Source of the DNA: the human T2T-CHM13v2.0 reference genome, Homo sapiens
DNA: 64,000 bases
NCBI RefSeq assembly: GCF_009914755.1
Contig: NC_060933.1
Direction: 5' to 3' (one strand)
Below are positions 61,126 through 64,000 of this stretch, one piece after another. The position numbers were made by a program, and so were the translations under genes. Positions within the stretch are counted from its first letter, which is position 1. Every line of letters begins with the position of its first letter. The notes under the pieces are model-generated. The model was not told the DNA's origin, searched no databases, and was given only the letters and a program-made list of their open reading frames with translations.

Positions 61126-63079
61126 ATAAGGGAATAGATTATCCCTTCACCTACTGGGAACCATAACTCAAACTCAGGAAACCATACAGTGTTAAAAAAT
61201 AAAATAATTTTTAACTGTTTCTAGAGTATGTGGTCCACCCAATAATCATTGAATATGGATTTTAGACAGAGAGAGATCTGTGAGAACAAGGGGAGGCAAG
61301 GGGAGGGGAAGGCTAGGTGGAAAAGATTTCCCAGAGAAGAGCCTTGAAAGATGGGAATGAAACAGGCAGTCAGGCAAGGGATGAGTACAGACAAGAGTGA
61401 GGGGATGCAGGAGTAGGAGGATAGGAAACATTGACAACTGCTTGATCAAGACCATGGGGTGGCATGGTTGGGTAAGGACTGTTCAGCTCAAGCAAGCATG
61501 CACAAATCTCTAGGCTTCTGTGTGCCCCTAGGAACGACAGAGGGAAGCAGGGAAAAGGAGGGGAGGAAAGAGAAAAAGAAAGGAGCAAGAGAGAGGATAT
61601 GGAAAGAGTGATAAAAAGGGACAAAAAGGAAAAAGGAGAGCTAAACTGAGACAAAAGAAGAGAGAGAAAGGAGTAAAAAATTCTCTGCACCTAGGAGTTA
61701 TATTTCATGATCAAAAGAGGATGAAGCTGGGGGTGAATTTCTGGTGGCAGCAGGGAATGCCCAGGAAGCTTTGGGGCCAGCCCCAAAGGGGCAATGGTGG
61801 GGGATGATAATAGATGAAGGGGATATGGTACCTTGCCAGGAAGGCCCAGTGCTCAGGCAAGTGGGGTCCCTGGAACCCTGTCCCTTTCTCCACTGCCAGC
61901 TCTAAGTTGCTAAGGTTACCTTCTTAACTGCCTAATTAGAGAAGCTGTCACTCTTTGACAAAGATCAGGAGGAAAGGAGGGGAAAAAAAAAAGCAGACAT
62001 TTCATACTCAGACAAGAAGAAAATAATAAAGCCAGTCCCACTGGCTTTCACATAGAGTTTCATAGAAACTCTGCCAGCAGTCAAAGAAGACTATATCTTT
62101 ATGAGGACCACCCTCTGTTACTAGTTTGGAGAGAACTGGAAATGCACCGCTATTCGCAGTTAACATGGAGCAGCTGACAGCCTCCAGGTTAAATGGAGTG
62201 GAAGACATGCGAGTCAGGAAGACATGGATATGTACCCATTCTGCTGCCATGGTCTGACAAGTCTCAGGGACCCAGGAACATGGTGCTCTTCTTAGCCAGC
62301 AGGAGCTAACCTCAGCTGATCAGCCTTAATACACCTCAGGAGCCACCATTCTAGGGCCAACATTTCAGGGACCAGGATGGACCACGAGCTGTCTTTGGAC
62401 TGCAGTTCTGGGAAGGAGAGCTGAAAAAGACATGGGAGGTGAGGTGGAGCTGGAAAGGGGCAGGTGCAGGAAGCAGGAGGTAAGTTCTGTAAGGTCCTAG
62501 GACGGCAAGGTCCCAGGTGAATGCCTCCCTCTCTGAGGGCAGAGTGCATGCCACTCTGGAATGCCAGCTCCTCAGACCCTTGGGTGTCACTCACCCTTCC
62601 TGGACTATGAAGACCCACATGTGCTGCAGCACCCTCCTTGGCTAAGCTCCTGCTATTTTCCTCCTCCTACACCCACAGAGCTTACTACTTTCTCCCTAGG
62701 AGAAAGAAGAGCAACACTTTGTGTTGTAAAAGAAAGCCCATTTTCACTAACTCCATTACTCTATGCAAGAATGGGAGAAGCAGAACAGCAGTGGGTTAGG
62801 GGCCAGTCCTGCCACCAACACCCTCTGGGACCCTGGGAAGGTCCCTTGACCTCTCTAGGCCTCACAGTCTACACCCTGTTGATCTCCTGGGGTTGGCTGT
62901 GGATTAAACAGGAGAATAGGAAAGTTCTTCTTACCAAGAAAATGAGCAACACAGGGGCTTGTATCTATATACTATTCAGAGATTCATCCCCAGCTTCTAG
63001 CTGAGCACCTGGTATACAGAAGGTGCTCAGTATATCCTCACTGAATTGAAACAATAATTTAAGTACACTATATTCTGTA

Positions 63080-63425
63080 TTTATTTCTTCCTTCAACAAA
63101 TATCTTTTTAATACAAAATAAAGACATAATTCCTATCTTCAATGAGTTTTCAGTGAGTGAATGTAGAAAAGACAAACATCAAATAGAAACAAATATATAA
63201 TTAAAATCTGTGATTAAGTGCTGCCAATAGCAGGAACTTATATATAAAACAGGGAGACTGGCTCTAACTAAGAAGTCAGAGAAGGCTTCTCTGAGAGAGT
63301 GACATTAACTTAGAATCTGAAAAATGAGCAGGAGTCAGTCAGGCAAAAAGGGGTAGAGGCAAGATGTTTCCAGGAACTAGAAACAGCTTGTGCAAAGGCC
63401 AAGAGGCAGAAGTGGGTCTGTTACA
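63080..63425 (-). mobile_element. L2 fragment
   Basis: ttcaacaaatatc...agtcagagaaggcttctctgagagagtgacatt...aacagcttgtgcaaaggccaagaggcag. Confidence 0.82.
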
Positions 63426-64000
63426 TTAGTGGGAAGATAAGATCAGCAGAGATGGAAAAGCAAAGAATCACAGGGAGAATGGCAGGATACGAGGCTGGAG
63501 ATAAAAACAGAGCTTGAACCAGAAGATCCACAGGCTTCCTAGCATCATTCCCCTAAGGCAAATCCTCTTTGTTTCTGGAGAGAAATGCGGAGTCCTGACT
63601 TCTGGACATGGGTTGTGGCATGCAGAGCAGGCCACAAGAAAGTCATCACTTTTGCCAGGCACATAAAGATTATGAAATCCTAAAACTACTTCCATGATCA
63701 CCCTCACCTGGTCTTTATAGAGCCCTTGATTTGATGCTCTGTTTTGCTGCAAAGGCTAGAGCTGAAAGGGGCCCTGGAGATCATAGAGCCTAGTGGTATC
63801 TCACTGTACTTCACAAAGCTCAAGAACCACTTCAGAAAGGGGAAGAGAAGGCCTACAAGGAAGGGCTTTGGGCCCGTTCACCCTTCCCTCAGCCAGAGAA
63901 GTTCAGCTTTGCTCTAGTTTTTACAGCACTCTTCACAGTGGAGCCATCCAAGATTCCATTTGAAGAAAGGCTTTGATGACAAAATAGGGATTTTGAAAAC

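Noticed and set aside
62561-63004. 147-aa ORF
   Set aside because: Runs through MIR and L2 remnants, with no recognisable homology.

Overview
Primate (human-like) non-coding genomic DNA. No protein-coding exon, RNA gene or prokaryotic feature can be supported. The ORFs I could trace fall in repeats or low-complexity tracts, and none matches a protein family I recognise. The window is dominated by interspersed repeats: 12 Alu/Alu-derived pieces (AluS/J-type, none clearly AluY), roughly 40-50 MIR fragments, L2 and old L1M 3' fragments, MaLR/ERVL LTRs (four with intact 5-bp TSDs) and hAT/mariner MITEs. The most notable structures are: (1) a ~200-bp, ~86%-identical inverted repeat at 6206-6405/7007-7211 that I cannot assign to a repeat family, enclosing an apparently older LTR; (2) a 53-bp-arm foldback at 22160-22305; (3) an indel-free 6 x 64-bp minisatellite at 46715-47098; (4) two CR1/L3 ORF2 relics with readable reverse-transcriptase motifs. 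All seven L1 fragments are on the + strand, which suggests an intron of a long minus-strand transcription unit. Repeat subfamily names come from recalled consensus sequences, and boundaries without TSDs are approximate. The locus was not identified.
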